64,000 bases of DNA from Vicugna vicugna (Eukaryota). The notes beneath the pieces are model-generated. The model ran no database searches. It was given only the letters and a program-made list of their open reading frames with translations, and was not told the origin of the DNA. Numbering within the stretch: the first letter of the stretch is position 1; each line of letters begins with the position of its first letter. The stretch spans positions 2,232,001 through 2,296,000 of the forward strand of contig MU058444.1 in assembly GCA_013265495.1 (NCBI GenBank), in the 5' to 3' direction. The position numbers and the translations under genes were made by a program. Shown in pieces: positions 1 through 13,210 of this stretch.

Positions 1-2182
1 AACCATGTTCTCCCATGTTTGAGTTTTGTGTCAGAAATTTGAGAGCACAGCTCTAAGGATTACAAGGCAAGGCTGCTTTGAGCTGATTCCACAGCAAAAC
101 GGAACAAGAGGTTCCGGAGCGACAGTGAGGCAGCCAAGATGGTCCGTCCGGCTGTCCCCCTCTCTAAAGCAGCTCCTCGTTTAGTGGGAGTAAATTTTAA
201 CTTCTGACCTACTTCAAGAAACAAGTTAATTTGATTAAAACCCTAACCAAGTAGACTGGCATCTAACTAATGACCTGTGCATAACGTACTTACTTTCCTA
301 ATTCATACTATGTTGCAGCGAAAGGAAGCCTTAAATCTTTGAGATTTGTCTTCTGATCAAAGAAAGAGGTCACATATTCCAGGTAAATCGAGATTTGAAG
401 CCTTGCCGTCTGACTCTGTGGGCTGTGTGTGTGTAACCACTGAGCTCTACCACCTCGGAGGGCTGTCGGAAGTGAGTTCACGTGCGTAATGCCGGTTACA
501 CACGGTGAGAACACCCCTGCCAGGCACCAGGATGCACCCTAGGGGTGAACAAGGCAGCCTCTGTCCTCAAACAGCTCAACCAGTGTTTTGAATTTTTAGC
601 TAAAGGCAGCCTCCTAATGCTCATTCACCCCAATGACAGGCCACTCCTAGGACGAGCGGTCCAGCCCAGCACGCCTGGGTCACAGCAGGTCCTCAGGAAA
701 CACCTGTCTTGTGCCAGCTCCCAGGGGAGTCAGCGCCAGCACCCCGCACCCCCACCCTCACATCAGCGCGTCTCTGCTCCAGCCCGTGGAAGAGTCCCTC
801 TCCCATGATATACGTGGAACACGCAGAGTAAGACCAAAGCCTAGGGGAGAGGGGGACACTGCTGGTCTTCTGCCTTCATTAGAATTCACCATATGCTTCC
901 TCCTAAGAGCATCGTAAGGCAGACGGTCTCCATCTTTCATCTCCTGCCAACACCCCAGGAGATTCAACCCCCAGAAGTAACAGAAGCTCCTTATGGAAGT
1001 GAGTCTCAGATGGCGTGGGGATGGCATGACCTCCCTGAAGGACATATTAGAATCTGGGAAAAGGATTTTGTCAGACAGTGACAAGAGAGAGGACTAAAAC
1101 TTCTCTCAGGCAATTCTGATATGCCTTCTGAAAGAAGCATCACTTTTAGAGAAGGTCGTTAGGTGCTATTACATTATTAGCACCATCCCTCTATGCTCCA
1201 TGCTGGTTTAAAGATGATCTGGAGGACCGCTTAAGAATATAACATTAAAATAATGTTTCTGCGGGAGAAAATGCTTTCCAAGTCCCAAACAACAGACTTA
1301 ACACAGCACCTTCTCTCCAACTTTAGGACTGTCCACAAAAGGGGGAAAAAAGTGACTAAGAGTTCATTGTAATACACAAAAATAGATTTTTTTTAAAAGT
1401 TTCTGCTGTATAGCATAGAGAACTATGCTCAATATCTTGTAATAACCTTTGATGAAAAAAAAAGAAAATGAATATATGGAAAAAAAGCTAATTGTGAAAT
1501 TCCATGCGCTCTTTAGTTGAGATTTAAAGAACACCTTCGGTTGGATCCAGTAATTCCATGAAATTGTATGCAAATTTTGTACACGTGTGGTTTTTTTTGG
1601 AGAGCTTACATCAGCTTCTCAGTGACTGGTGGCACACAAGACTCTTAATTTAAGAACCATTAATTAATTGCTTCACAGAGAAACAAAGACTGAAGCATCA
1701 CTTTTTGGGTTGTACTAAGTACAGGAAATAAACGGAGTCCAGGCTTCTGTCTCTATAATCCAACCTTATTCCTACCTAACTCTGCTACCCACATAAATCT
1801 GATGCCAAAACTTGGTTGGACTCTTCAGGGGAAAAAAAAAACTCTTACTGAGAATTGCAGCTTTTCTGTGACCAAACAAATCAATATTTATATATTCCTT
1901 AAACTACTGAGATTTTTTTTTTTTGAGTCCAATAATGAGAGGTTTTACTAACGTCGCAGAATGCCCTGCAATCACCGCGTACCCATCCTCCGGCCCTGCA
2001 CCGTTACCCACAGGCCACACACCAGATAACTACGGATGCCTGAAATGCACGTGAAACACGCTAGGAGTTAACCTCTCCAGTTGATACTGAGAAGCTGCGC
2101 TTCAGGGCTATCCAATCAGGAACAGCACGATCCTCTACAGGAGGCAAACCCATCCCCAGATGCGAAAGAAATAGGCACTGAC
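1..2182 (-). other. DST: DST intron downstream of the CH1 exon (partial)
   Basis: Donor GTCAGT at 2182-2177. The next exon (VRKHVNDLYEDL...) is not present in 1-2182. Confidence 0.85.
1372..1486 (+). mobile_element. Short L1 3' UTR fragment
   Basis: ctgtatagcatagagaactatgctcaatatcttgtaataacctttgatgaaaaa matches the L1 3' UTR motif repeated throughout the window. Confidence 0.75.
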
Positions 2183-2244
2183 CTTCATGAGATGCTGATT
2201 GATCCATTTTGTAAACGTTTTCTTTTGAACTTTGTCCCGTTCAT
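2183..2244 (-). CDS. DST: Dystonin (BPAG1) internal coding exon, 62 bp, start of calponin-homology domain 1 of the actin-binding domain
   Basis: Minus strand reads ...ttttttaaatttttttgcag|AT GAA CGG GAC AAA GTT CAA AAG AAA ACG TTT ACA AAA TGG ATC AAT CAG CAT CTC ATG AAG|gtcagt. It has a canonical acceptor and donor, enters in phase 1 and exits in phase 0. The peptide [21 protein letters not shown] is the dystonin version; MACF1 and plectin read [19 protein letters not shown]. Confidence 0.96.
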
Positions 2245-3339
2245 CTGCAAAAAAATTTAAAAAAGATGTAAAATAAGGAAGTGTGAGGAGACTTTCACCG
2301 TGACTACGCACACAAACAAAAATACCGTGTTTCAAAGTCCCGCTTAGCGCACGTGAATTCTCTTGTTGAATTCTGTGCCTTAAGGCCACGCATAAGGAAG
2401 ATCGGACTCTTCCCAGGGTGGCATTTGGCCGCGTCGCTCCACTGAGGGACCGCCGTCTGCACGGTCGGCTGCAGAGCGTCCCTCTCCCACTGCCACCACC
2501 ACCGGAAGTGTCCTTGAACTTAGCGTCAGTGAACTTCCTGAAGCACCTGACTACATGCCATCCCATCTTCACAACCACAAGAGAGAGAGGGAGGCAGGGT
2601 CACTGCCATCCCACAGGAGAGGAACCCAAGACACCTCGAAAGGTGGAAAGACTTAGCCACGATCATCCAGCAAGACGCTTAAAGTTGCAATAAGAGGCAG
2701 GGCTGAATCCAGGTCCCCTGGCTGGAAGGGGACACTGGGCTAATTACTGACCATGCTGCTTCTCCCCGAGAGTCCCCGAGTTGAACTGTCCGGTAAAAAC
2801 GAAACGCCCCCAACTAGACCCTTGCCCACAGAGAGTGACACCGTCCTGGTTACTAGGCGGTGCAGAGAGAGGGTGAGAGGAGGCTGATGATTTAAGGAGA
2901 AACAGTCCCAGAATTGATCACGTTACTATTTCAAAGTCTGCAACATCTAGAGATGCGTTCGAAGTCACGCCCCCTCGGCCCTCCTGCTCCCAGGCGGTGG
3001 CTTCCTGTGGTCCTGTGTCCTCCCTGGCTCTCTCTGCATCTGGGAACGGTCCCTCTCCCTCCTCAGTGGTCCTCCTTCCTTCCCCACCACAGTCCCCCAT
3101 CTCCAGCCCTTCCCTGGGGCCAAACAGCTCTCTCTCTTCATCTCTTTCACCCTCATTCTTCATCCCGGAGCCCCCAGAAACTACTTTAAATGGAACAAAA
3201 GTTTCTTTGAAAATGCCTATTTTAATTATTAAAAGTATTTACAATAATTTCAGTATAAACCAAAACACTTAACTATGTCAACTGGGAAAAATACTGGTAA
3301 AATGAGACAAAGGTTACTAATATTAATACCAAAAAAACA

Positions 3340-4030
3340 AATAAAAAAGGAAAAGATGAACATCTTAAAGTATAACTGGGCAACAGCGGCAATGAAAACG
3401 TTTAAAAATTTATGAAATGAAATTAGTGAAATTAGTTTTAAAAATGAAAAAAAAATCAAACGCCCTCAGGTATTCAACCTCACTAGCAAATAATATGATA
3501 AAATAATACAAATAAGCTTTTCAGCCAAATTGTCAAGATTTTAATGAAAAAAAGGTTCACATTGACAAAGGCATAGGGAACAGATACTCATATTTTGCTA
3601 GTGGAAGTGTAATTTGGTTTCAGTCTTCTACATCTGCACTGTCAATCGTAGCCACTAGTCACATACATGGTTACTTAACTTTAAACCAAAATTAACTAAA
3701 ACAAAATAACATTGAACAACTCAGTTCCTTGGTTACACTGGTCACAATTCAAGTACGCACGAGCTAACAGTCCAGATACAGAACATCCCCACCATCGCAA
3801 AAGTCTCTATTGGACAGCCCTGCTCTAGGACAATTTGCCAATAAATATCAAAAGCCTACAAAATATATATGCCCGTTTCCCAGCAACTCCACTTCTAACA
3901 TTTATCCTAAAACTATAATTAGGGCTGTGCACAAAACATATCTATGAGGACATAAATCAGAATGTTATTATTTCAAAATGAAAGTTTTGAAGGAAACCAT
4001 AAAGGTTCCATGATAAGGAAGTGGATACAT
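3340..4030 (+). mobile_element. Old, degraded L1M fragment (ORF2 end/3' region) interrupted by MER3
   Basis: Degenerate L1 motifs such as tttgctagtggaagtgtaatttgg and cccagcaactccacttctaacatttatcctaa. Confidence 0.55.
3634..3822 (-). mobile_element. MER3-like hAT-Charlie non-autonomous DNA transposon
   Basis: Termini ctgcactgtcaatcgtagccactagtcac ... catcgcaaaagtctctattggacagccctg match the reverse MER3 consensus, followed by a ctctag target-like site. Confidence 0.75.
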
Positions 4031-5792
4031 CAATTTGAGGAAAGCAACCCCATGGTTCGTTCAAATTCGATTCTCTGCAAGGCTACCCAGAGATGGCGTG
4101 TTACCAGAGCTGTCTCCCCTTAAAGGACAACATGAAAGGGCAGGGGAGGGACCACGTCACATCGTTTGCATTTCACAAGTATTTCTTCTTCAAAGTCCCC
4201 ACTGGAAACCCTTTCCACTTCTTATCCTCAGGAAGAACCAAAAGGCACCTAAACAGAGCCGATCATTTGGTACCTACTGCCTGTAACAAACTCCTCAGTG
4301 CCCCAAACGTCTCATCTCATTCTTGACTTAACACTGGGTATTAAAAATTGGAGAAGTTGACCCGGAAGATAGAAGCTTGCTACATTGGAATATAAATACT
4401 CAGAACTTTGTTCAAACTGTTCAATCTGCCTGAGCCCCAATGTAAAATCTGCAGGCACTTTGCATATAGCTACTCTGCCAAGAACAATTATATCAATCAT
4501 TGTTAACCAACGTTATTATCCACAAAATATTCATTAATTCCCTCGTTGGCCCTATCGGGGCATGAGTTACACCTCAGTCATCTAGTCTACCCCGTAGTAG
4601 GTGCCATGATGCTTTGATGCACTCAACAAACACATGCCCATGATGCGAATTAATTATACTTTCCAAAGGACAATCCAAGTCAGGATAACAAGGCATAATT
4701 ACTTATATAGATACAATACGTTACTCCATCTCTTAAAGCAATGATGATGTAGTGAATGTCTTTCAGCCTTGCTCTTCCTAAAGAGTTTAGAATGAACCTC
4801 AATAACTAATTAGTATGTGAGGCAAGAGCAAAGAAAGAGAAGCAGTCTATTAGTGCCAGCATCCCTTCCTCCCACCCTCATCCCAGCATCTACCCGGTCC
4901 TTTGATGAGCCCAGCACCATGGGATGCTGGGACCATCAGGCTGGACAGAAAGAGCAGCTGGTCCTTGCTCCCTGGAGCTCGTCCGTTGGAGAGGGCACCT
5001 GACACAAGGCAGTGTGATGGGTAGACAGCCGGGCAGAGGGTGTGCACTCACCAGGCAAGCGACACAAGTGAGAGAAAGACCGCCCCTGCCAGGGGCAGGC
5101 GGATGGGGCTTCAGACGATTAGCAAGGCGGAAGCCAGCCCTGTGCAGGCGGTTCCATCACAAAGATGCCCTGAGCTAATAACTTCAGAATGAAAGAGAGC
5201 CCTCGCTTGAACCCACGTGTTATGACTCCCCCCAGAGTCGCTTTCATACTCCCAAGAATTACCCCCCCCAACTCCATCTTTCAAATGGAAGTGCCCGAGC
5301 ACACGCCAAACACAGGCAGATGCTGGGGAACCTGGCCCTCCTGCTGGCTGTGGACTTTGGACCAGTGAGTGCAAACAAGGGGACCTCCGCAGCAAGGTCT
5401 AGCACTCCTGCCACATTTTGGCAGCGTTTTTCTAACCAACAGCAAAGAAAACAGAGTGGGGGTGGGTGGGGGGAGTACTTCCTAGGTAATGTCCGTATTA
5501 GTACCATCCAATTAATAACCTGGGACCCTAACATTAAATCATCAAGGAAAACACATCCAAGTGTATTACTAATTAAAAATCCTTATAGTTCAAGAAGAGA
5601 CAGCTTCCATATCAACTTACAAAACATGAGACGAAGGCATCCCTGTGGCTATCTTCTCAAACTTTATGAATTCATTGAATCACCATGTAATAATATGAGC
5701 TCTAACAAGTTTACTCTGTCCCGTTACATTTAACATATCGTGTGTATTACAGAAACTCCTCTTGGTATATAACGGTTAATATATTTGTCTTC

Positions 5793-5944
5793 TTTTTTTT
5801 TAAATTGAAGCATAGTCAGTTACAATGCATCAATTTCTGGTGTACAGCATACTGTTTCAGTCAAACATATACATACATGTATTCATTTTCTTTTTTTTTC
5901 CATTATAGGTACTGTAAGATATTGAATATAGTTCCCTGTGCTGT
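5793..5944 (-). mobile_element. L1 3' end, 5'-truncated
   Basis: Poly-T followed by aattgaagcatagtcagttacaatg...gaatatagttccctgtgctg. Confidence 0.85.
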
Positions 5945-6867
5945 TTTCCAAATTAATTTTTTTAAAAAAACTGGTACTGTATTGTAAGGAGCACGAAGAA
6001 TAGAGCATACATTCTTTAAAACTAATCACTTATTAATTTCTTAGCCACGTAGTATATCGAGAGAGCTGATCTAATCAAATAATGAGATTCACTGAAATAA
6101 TACAACCATAAAAAGGCTTTTCTGAACCCTGAGGTTTTGCTGTGGTGGTTGTTGCTGGAGGCTCAAAAGCATGCTGAGACTGTTACACGGGTGCTAACTA
6201 TTTGGCAGGGAAATACTGAGGTAATATCTGGGGCTTACAGATATTAAGCCCCAGATATTATCACAACTAAACCACTGAGTAAGGTACAAAGACTAATGCT
6301 AACTATGTAACACATGATTCAGAACTTCTAACACTGGTTTCTGGCCGTAACACCTAATCTCCTCTTTTAAACATGATAAACCCAGATGAGTGCCCTTCAG
6401 TTACACCAAGGGAAGTTCTGGAACACTCAGGCTCCCACGACCTACAATAAAGAGAGGAGGTCACATGGACTTTAAGGGCTCAACTTGCTTCCGAAAAGCA
6501 ACTTACCATCAGGGAATCACTGAAGTCTAGGAGGCTGTGATTCACCACTTTCCATACATATTATTTCAAAGGGGAGTATTCCAGGTGACATTACCAAATT
6601 TTCCAATTACAAGTCTCAGAATGGGTCTCTGGTTCATTTCAGTGAGGGATGTCTAACACAGAAATGTATATTTAGGGCAACGTTGCTAAGACAACAGAAA
6701 GGAAAAAATCACTCCTGAGATTGTAACCAATTCCATTGGTTTTACAGATGATCCAATTATTTTTCTCAATGAAGTTTTATTACGTTCCTCTACTGGAAAA
6801 TTATTTCACTTACAGAGTATGTTTTAAATGGAATATACATTTATGATCACCTTATAAAGTATAATGT

Positions 6868-7041
6868 GGCTGACAGATAAATAAGAAGGTCCTGCTGTAA
6901 AGCACAGGGAACTATATTCAACAGCTTGCAATCACCTATAATGAAAAGAAATATGAAAATATATATATGTATGTATAATTGAATCACTACACTGTACACC
7001 AGAAACTAACGTTATGTTGTAAATCACCTATATTTCAATAA
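6868..7041 (+). mobile_element. L1 3' end
   Basis: ctgtaaagcacagggaactatattcaa...tgtacaccagaaactaac...ttcaataa. Confidence 0.85.
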
Positions 7042-8744
7042 GTTTTTTTTAATTTTTAAAAAAAAATTTTAAAAGGAACTTCCTATCAGGGTAGCTATGA
7101 AAATAAAAAAAGAAAATACATGAAAAAAAGTATAACGTGGCTAAAAATCCTGTAATGACAGAACACAAAGGATAACAGAATTTGAAAAAAAAAATTAAAA
7201 AGTACCCAAAAAAAGCACTGATTATTACAATGGACACTAGTTTTCAATAAAATCCATTCAATGTTAAATCCATTTAGTATCACCCACAAAATGAATATTA
7301 TTTCAACGCATATCTGATGCCCAAGAAAAGGAGGAATGTTCTGTCCGGGGAGCCTCAGGCGTTGTTCCGGCAGCCTGTCTAGATTTCTGAAAGGTGCCAA
7401 ACTCCCTCTGTGCAAACCAGCTCAGGGACGGCGACTTCCCTCTCCCGGTTCTGAAACACGAAAGTCAGGGGACAGGTGGCACTACTAACCCATGCAGCAC
7501 ATCAGCCCCACCAGCCTCGCATTCCAGTCGCGGTCGTCTCTCCAGACCTGCCCCATCCTCCGGGGCAAATCTGTCCCGCAGCTCCCTGAACTTTCCATGC
7601 AAACTCCGAGGTGTCGGAGTCCCGTTCACTTTCAGTGCAGAAAGGAAAACACAGACTAGACACGCCCACTGACAGGCTGAAAACCAGTCAACTCTCCCTT
7701 TTAGACAAACATTAGAGAACCCAGCCTCCTCCACCTTCCGCTACTGCTAAGAAGAAACTAAGTGATCTGTTTATTTCTCCTTTTAATCTGAAAGCGGTTC
7801 AAAGAAGCCCCTTAAAAAGAGGGCTCTGATTTCCTAATTTTTTATTTTTCCAACAAGGCAAACCAACAGGAGGTCAGATTTCAGGGCTGCACTCTCATCA
7901 CATTCCCCCTCTAGCACCCCAGGCGGGATTCCTGGGGAATAAAAACCACCAACCAGCTCAGCCTGTTTAACTCATCCCTGAAATGTGCGCTATGAGGGTG
8001 GCTTTAGGAAGCCCGACTTTACAGGCTTGACACGTCTCCTTCGGGGAGAACGCTGCTATCAAGATGTGTGCCTTCACGTGTATCTCCCTGTGAAGCTCAC
8101 GACAGCTCTCTGAGCTGGGCGGCACCTCTTTTCTCATTTTGAAGATGCAAAAAACAAAGTTTGGGGAGATGAAGAAACTAGCCTGAGATGCCACCGCCTA
8201 CGTAGAATCTTAAAATTCGATTCCAAACCTCGCTTTTTTCCCTACACCATCGAATAATAGACAGGAAAAACAAGAAGGCCTCCATTTATGAGAACCTTGC
8301 TTCCGAGCATGAAGGAAACAAAACACGTCACGAAAGGAGAATCCTTGTTCTAAGGCAGCACCAGCCCAGCAGCCTCATCACTCCTATGTTTGTCTGAGGC
8401 ATTAGACAAACAGACTTGCCCGCACAGAAACTGTACAAACAGTAACTCCACAGACATCAAACAAAAAGTGATCACTACTTACATTTGGCAACGTGGCAGC
8501 AGCAAACTGGATCAGGTCAAGGGAAAAGACACTGCTCAGTTAGCAGCGGCTTTGGACAGTGCTTTTTAACATCTAGGTATGACTTCAAACTCAACGCTAG
8601 ATAGACTGTAAATGACAAAATGATACCAACTTCTGCAGAAGTATAAAGTGTCCTGCACTGTCTCTCCGTTTCCAGCTGCCTGTCTGAGAGCCCCCACATC
8701 TACTACAGAAGAGACAGAACCTACCTATTTCACTGAAAGAGGAT

Positions 8745-8930
8745 GATAATAATAGCAAACATCCGAGAAGTACGTGCTCTGTGACAGGGCCTCTACTCAC
8801 CTACATGCAGGTAATGCACAGAGACTGCACGTCATCCTCACACATCCCATAATGAGATGATGCTCACTCACAGGACCAGATGCACAGAGATGTTAAACAT
8901 TTGCCTAAGGTCACACAGCAGGGGGTGGAG
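8745..8930 (+). mobile_element. MIR SINE (degraded)
   Basis: Core motif gcacagagatgttaaacatttgcctaaggtcacacagc. Confidence 0.6.
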
Positions 8931-10479
8931 CGAAGGTGCAGTTTGCAAAAGCATACCCAATATTATAATTTCGTATCTGGAAAACAAAATGCTAACTTAA
9001 AAAAATAAGTTAAACAACAAAAAGGAAAAAGTGAGGCTTGGTGAAATCTTGAGAGGTGAGGATACACAAGAGATGAAATTCACTTTTTGCAGGTCAGTGA
9101 TTCTCAGGAGTGGAGGAAGGGTCATCAGAGGAGGTTTCCTAGATTTACTAGGAGGTCACATCAGAATTTAGGACCAGGATGAGATTTCTGCAATTATTAA
9201 AAAAGGTCAGGTGTGAATTTTAGAGAAGACTGGGAAACACTTGGCAAAAGGCCCTATCTACAAAAAGAAAGAGAGGGAGACTAGAAATCTTTCATTACAG
9301 GAGCAAAACTGGCTGGAAGAAGTCACTGGGATCAGTGAGAAGACCAGCTCCTGAACCTGATGGACAATGTCCAGCTGTGACCCAGGAGCTGGGTGACAGG
9401 GGTTCAGACCTGCGGCCATGGCCACCTCTCGCCCCCCTCAGCCCTCCAGGTCCCCTGTTAGCTGCAGCCTCCCCCCATCACTGGGGACCCCACACCTCAC
9501 CCCCATACAACAGTCTTGTCCACTTGACAGGATTTTCACCCACAGTGGCCTCGACTAACATAACCCAGGACTCGAGGTTACAGACACAATGGGTAAGAGA
9601 TGGGGGTCTCCACTCCCACTCAGGTTGAAAACTTGTACCAAAAACTCCCACAGAAACATCACCACGTTCCCATGAGTACAAAGCTACAACTGACATGCAT
9701 TTTCTGGTTCATCCGTTGATCTGTGTGTCCTATGTCTGTGGGACCATCGATGTAGAAGAAACTTAACATCTCCAAGCCAAGATACAACCACCACCACCAT
9801 ACTTTGTTAAAAGCAAGATTCTTTTCAGGAACAGTCCACCAAAATTATGCCATTAATTTATTCATCATAAAAAAAAAGTTTGCAAAAGATTCCAGGACCA
9901 CAGATGAAAGTATACCAACGTTATTTCCCAGTGATTTCTAAGCTTAGTCTCAACTGCCAAGCCCCATATACATTAAGCCTAGAGCTGGTCGCCCAGTGAG
10001 TCCTGATCTGCCTGGCTCTGCCATCACTACTTTTCCCAACAGCAAATCTCTTGCATGGTGCAGAGACACAGTTTCACACTCTGCTGGAGACAGGCTCTCT
10101 CATTTCACTCCCAAAGACCAGTTCTTGGCTTAAACAGCATTCTTCCTCTTCTAAGAGAAAGAATAGCAGAAAACGTTCAAGGGCTGTCCTTTTCTTATCA
10201 CTGGTTTTACCAATTTAAAATTCCCAATGTTAAATAAAGAAGTAAATAAATAAGCTTAATTACCCCCCCAAAAAAATGCTTAAAATTTTTTTGGAAAATT
10301 ATATAAAATTCCCGATGTTGATGATTTGCTTAGGTTTCATTTTCATTTTTTTATAACTATTATTTGTTAAGATCTGACTCTAAATAAAATGGACTTTATT
10401 TTCTGTTGATCAGAGCATAATTAATCTACTGCTTCTGTGCTAAATCCAAGTATGGTTGAAAACCACATTTAAAAGGAAA

Positions 10480-10662
10480 TTACTGGATAAACAGTAAGTT
10501 TATACTGTATAGAACAAGGAACTATATTCACTATCTTGTAGTAACTTATAGTTAAAAAGAATATTAAAATGAATATATGTATGTTCCTATATGACTGAAG
10601 GATGGTGCTGTACACCAGAAACTGACACAACATGTAAATTGACTAGACTTCAACAAAAATAC
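10480..10662 (+). mobile_element. L1 3' end
   Basis: ctgtatagaacaaggaactatattc...tgctgtacaccagaaactgacacaac. Confidence 0.85.
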
Positions 10663-11066
10663 ATTTAAAAATTTGCAAAGGGAATTCTTGGCATTTCTAA
10701 ATTCTAATCTTGATAAAGAAGCTCTTCACATGTTCAGAAATCGTTCAACCTTCTGCCAAGGAAATGAAGACAGCTTAAACAGGAGACGGAACAGACAATG
10801 CATCTCTGACACATAGTATTATAAACCCTTCCGATTTCTGCTCCCTGGCAGGACATGAGGAAATTATACAATATTAGAAATGAGAATGAGAAGAATTGAA
10901 GACAAAGAAACCATTTAGAAGAAAATACAGGAAATTATGTTTTAAAAATAGTCGGGTAGGAAGAAAAGTGTATCAAAACTCGTTACAAAACCCAAAAGAA
11001 ACTGAACATACAATGGCTGACAGATTTGAGGAAGCTATAAATGAAGTTAAAAACCAATGATGGGCA

Positions 11067-11170
11067 GGGGAGGGTACAGTGGTAGAGCACGTGCTTAGCA
11101 TGCACAAGGTCTTGGGTTTGATCCCCAGTGCCTCCATTAAATAAATAAATAAACCTGATTGCTCCCCCCT
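11067..11170 (+). mobile_element. tRNA-Ala-derived camelid SINE (Vic-1-like)
   Basis: ggggagggtacagtggtagagcacgtgcttagcatgcacaaggtcttgggtttgatccccagtgcctcca followed by (TAAA)n and the cctgattgctccccc tail. Confidence 0.85.
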
Positions 11171-11537
11171 AAAAACAATGATGGACAAAGAAAATATATG
11201 CTACATATATAATACACACCAAGACCATCCAAAATGGATGGATAAATCCTGTCAGTAAGAAAACAAGACAGCCCCTCCCCAAATGATGCAAGCACACAAT
11301 TCAAAGAAGGAACGCAAATGACCAATAGAGATTTGGGGGGCTGCTCCCCCAGCTTCCAATCCGGAAAGGCACTGAAAGCAAGGGACTTCCCACTAGCATA
11401 AATGTCTAAGAATGACAACAACTAATGCAGAGACAGAATTTCCCAAACAACACTGGTGGATGTGTACAATGGCAAAAAAAAATTCTGAGGGCATTCTGGC
11501 AGTATTCATTACACATTAAAATGCATACCGTTTTCAA

Positions 11538-11654
11538 GGGACGGTATAGCTCAGTGGTAGAGTGCATGCTTAGCGTGCATGAGGTCCTGGGTTCAATTCC
11601 CCAGTATCTCCATTAAAAATAAAAAACACATAAACCTAATTAACTTCCCCCCCA
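11538..11654 (+). mobile_element. tRNA-Ala-derived camelid SINE (Vic-1-like) with TSD
   Basis: A box tagctcagtgg and B box gggttcaattcc; flanked by aaaatgcataccgtttt and aaaacgcataccatttt. Confidence 0.9.
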
Positions 11655-12266
11655 AAAACGCATACCATTTTATGAACCAACAATTCCACTTGGAGGAACT
11701 CTAAAGAAATGCTTGCATATATGTGATTCACATAGGAGGACATGTACTATAGCAAAATATCTCAAACCATTTAAATGTCAGTCAACAGGAGTCTGGATGA
11801 TGAATTATACTTCACTCATCTTACAGAACACTAACAAGGGGAAACTTGCCCAGAGTGACATAAAAAGATTCCAAGATACACGGTTACGGAGAAAAAAACG
11901 CGAAATGATCAATAGATACAAAAGATGTCCATCAAATGGAGAAAGAGCACTTCCGTCAGAAGAGTAGCTAGAAGGGAGGGGCGGGTGTGGTAACTTCCGA
12001 TTTCATCCTCTTTCCAGATGGAAGGGTGCAACCTTTTACAGGGAAGATACGTTTGTGCATTACTATTAACAAGGGCTGTGAGGGAAAAAGTGTTTCCAGG
12101 GTTTGTATTCATTTCTGTGTTTCACTCTCTGGTAGACTCTGGAGAAGACAGAGACAAAAGACAAAGGCCAGAGCACGGAGCACCCCCACTCAGATGGGAA
12201 GACAGAAACACCTCAGGTGGGGGCGACCTGCTCTGAGGCTGGGGTGGCAGAAGGGGGGGAGGGGTG

Positions 12267-12300
12267 NNNNNNNNNNNNNNNNNNNNNNNNNNNNNNNNNN
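12267..12300. other. Assembly gap (N run) inside a poly-G tract
   Basis: N run flanked by G runs. Confidence 0.95.
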
Positions 12301-12599
12301 GAGGGGGGGGGGGGGGGGGGACAGGAGGGAGAAGGAGAAAGGGGAGGGAGGAGGGGAGAAAGAAGTGGGGGAGGGGGAGGGAAAGGGGAGGAGCAAGAGG
12401 CTGGGGGAGGAGGTGGTCCCAGATAGCTCTCGGAGGATGGCTGCTCAGGCTGGGATCCAAAGTGATGAGGCTTTAGTGAGTCTCTGGGAGGAGAATCAGT
12501 AACTGAGAACATACTCCAAAACTGCCCTGCTCGGAGGGTATCCTTTCACTGCCAGGGAACGAAACACAGCGTGGTGTTGCCCTGGTTGTCAGGAATCCA

Positions 12600-13210
12600 G
12601 AAACAAGACAAGCGTGGAACGTGCTAAATAAGTAGAGGTACAGCTGGTACAGAACAGCAGATCCCGCAAATCCTCCCCGCAGATGCGGTTTTGCGTCTCT
12701 CCCGCCCCGCCCCCACCCGGGATCCGGGATCCGGGATCCGGGATCTGGTCTCGACGCCCACGGTCAGTGTGGCGGCTGCGGATCCACACACCGCGCGAGC
12801 CCAGCATCCGATCGCCAGTATCCGCGGCCGGAACAACGAGGTCCTATCGGGCTCTGCTCTGCAGAGGAATTTACTGGTACCTGTGCTCACGACTGGCCAA
12901 GAATTGAATGTAAAACTTCCCGAATCTTGCTTCTAATCTGCTTTCTCCTCGCTGAGCACCCTAAGGACACGTGAGCATGAAGGTGCCGGTTAGGCTGGGG
13001 GACCGTGCGCATCTGTGAGCGGGCCGCGGACGCCGGGCACCGTCGGGACGGAAAGTTTCTGCGATTCCGTCTGCTACACTGACTTCTCTCTCGTCCACGG
13101 AAATGACAGGGTGACTCATACGCACAGCATCTGCACTCCTCTGACACGGCCAGGCCAGACAGCGAGTCAGCGGCGGGGATAAGGAGGTGGGAACACCGAA
13201 GTCGACGACC
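12600..13210. promoter_or_regulatory. Intronic CpG-rich segment with GC boxes (candidate regulatory element)
   Basis: Dense CpGs relative to the flanks; cccgccccgccccc GC boxes at about 12701-12714; (CCGGGAT)4 repeat. Confidence 0.5.
12717..12744. repeat. Tandem heptamer (CCGGGAT)x4
   Basis: ccgggat ccgggat ccgggat ccgggat read directly from the sequence. Confidence 0.95.

Noticed and set aside
2135..2578. 147-aa minus-strand ORF as a full CDS
   Set aside because: Only 2183-2244 is bounded by splice sites and resembles dystonin; the rest is intron read-through.
6501..6660. Strong minus-strand donor ATG|GTAAGT at 6507 as a coding cassette exon
   Set aside because: The phase-1 frame has TGA four codons before the donor, and the peptide is not recognisable. 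A non-coding or poison exon cannot be excluded.
8483..8702. Candidate cassette exon (tandem TAGTAG acceptor, AAT|GTAAGT donor)
   Set aside because: Its length of 217 or 220 nt shifts the frame, the DST frame contains a stop, and there is no recognisable homology.
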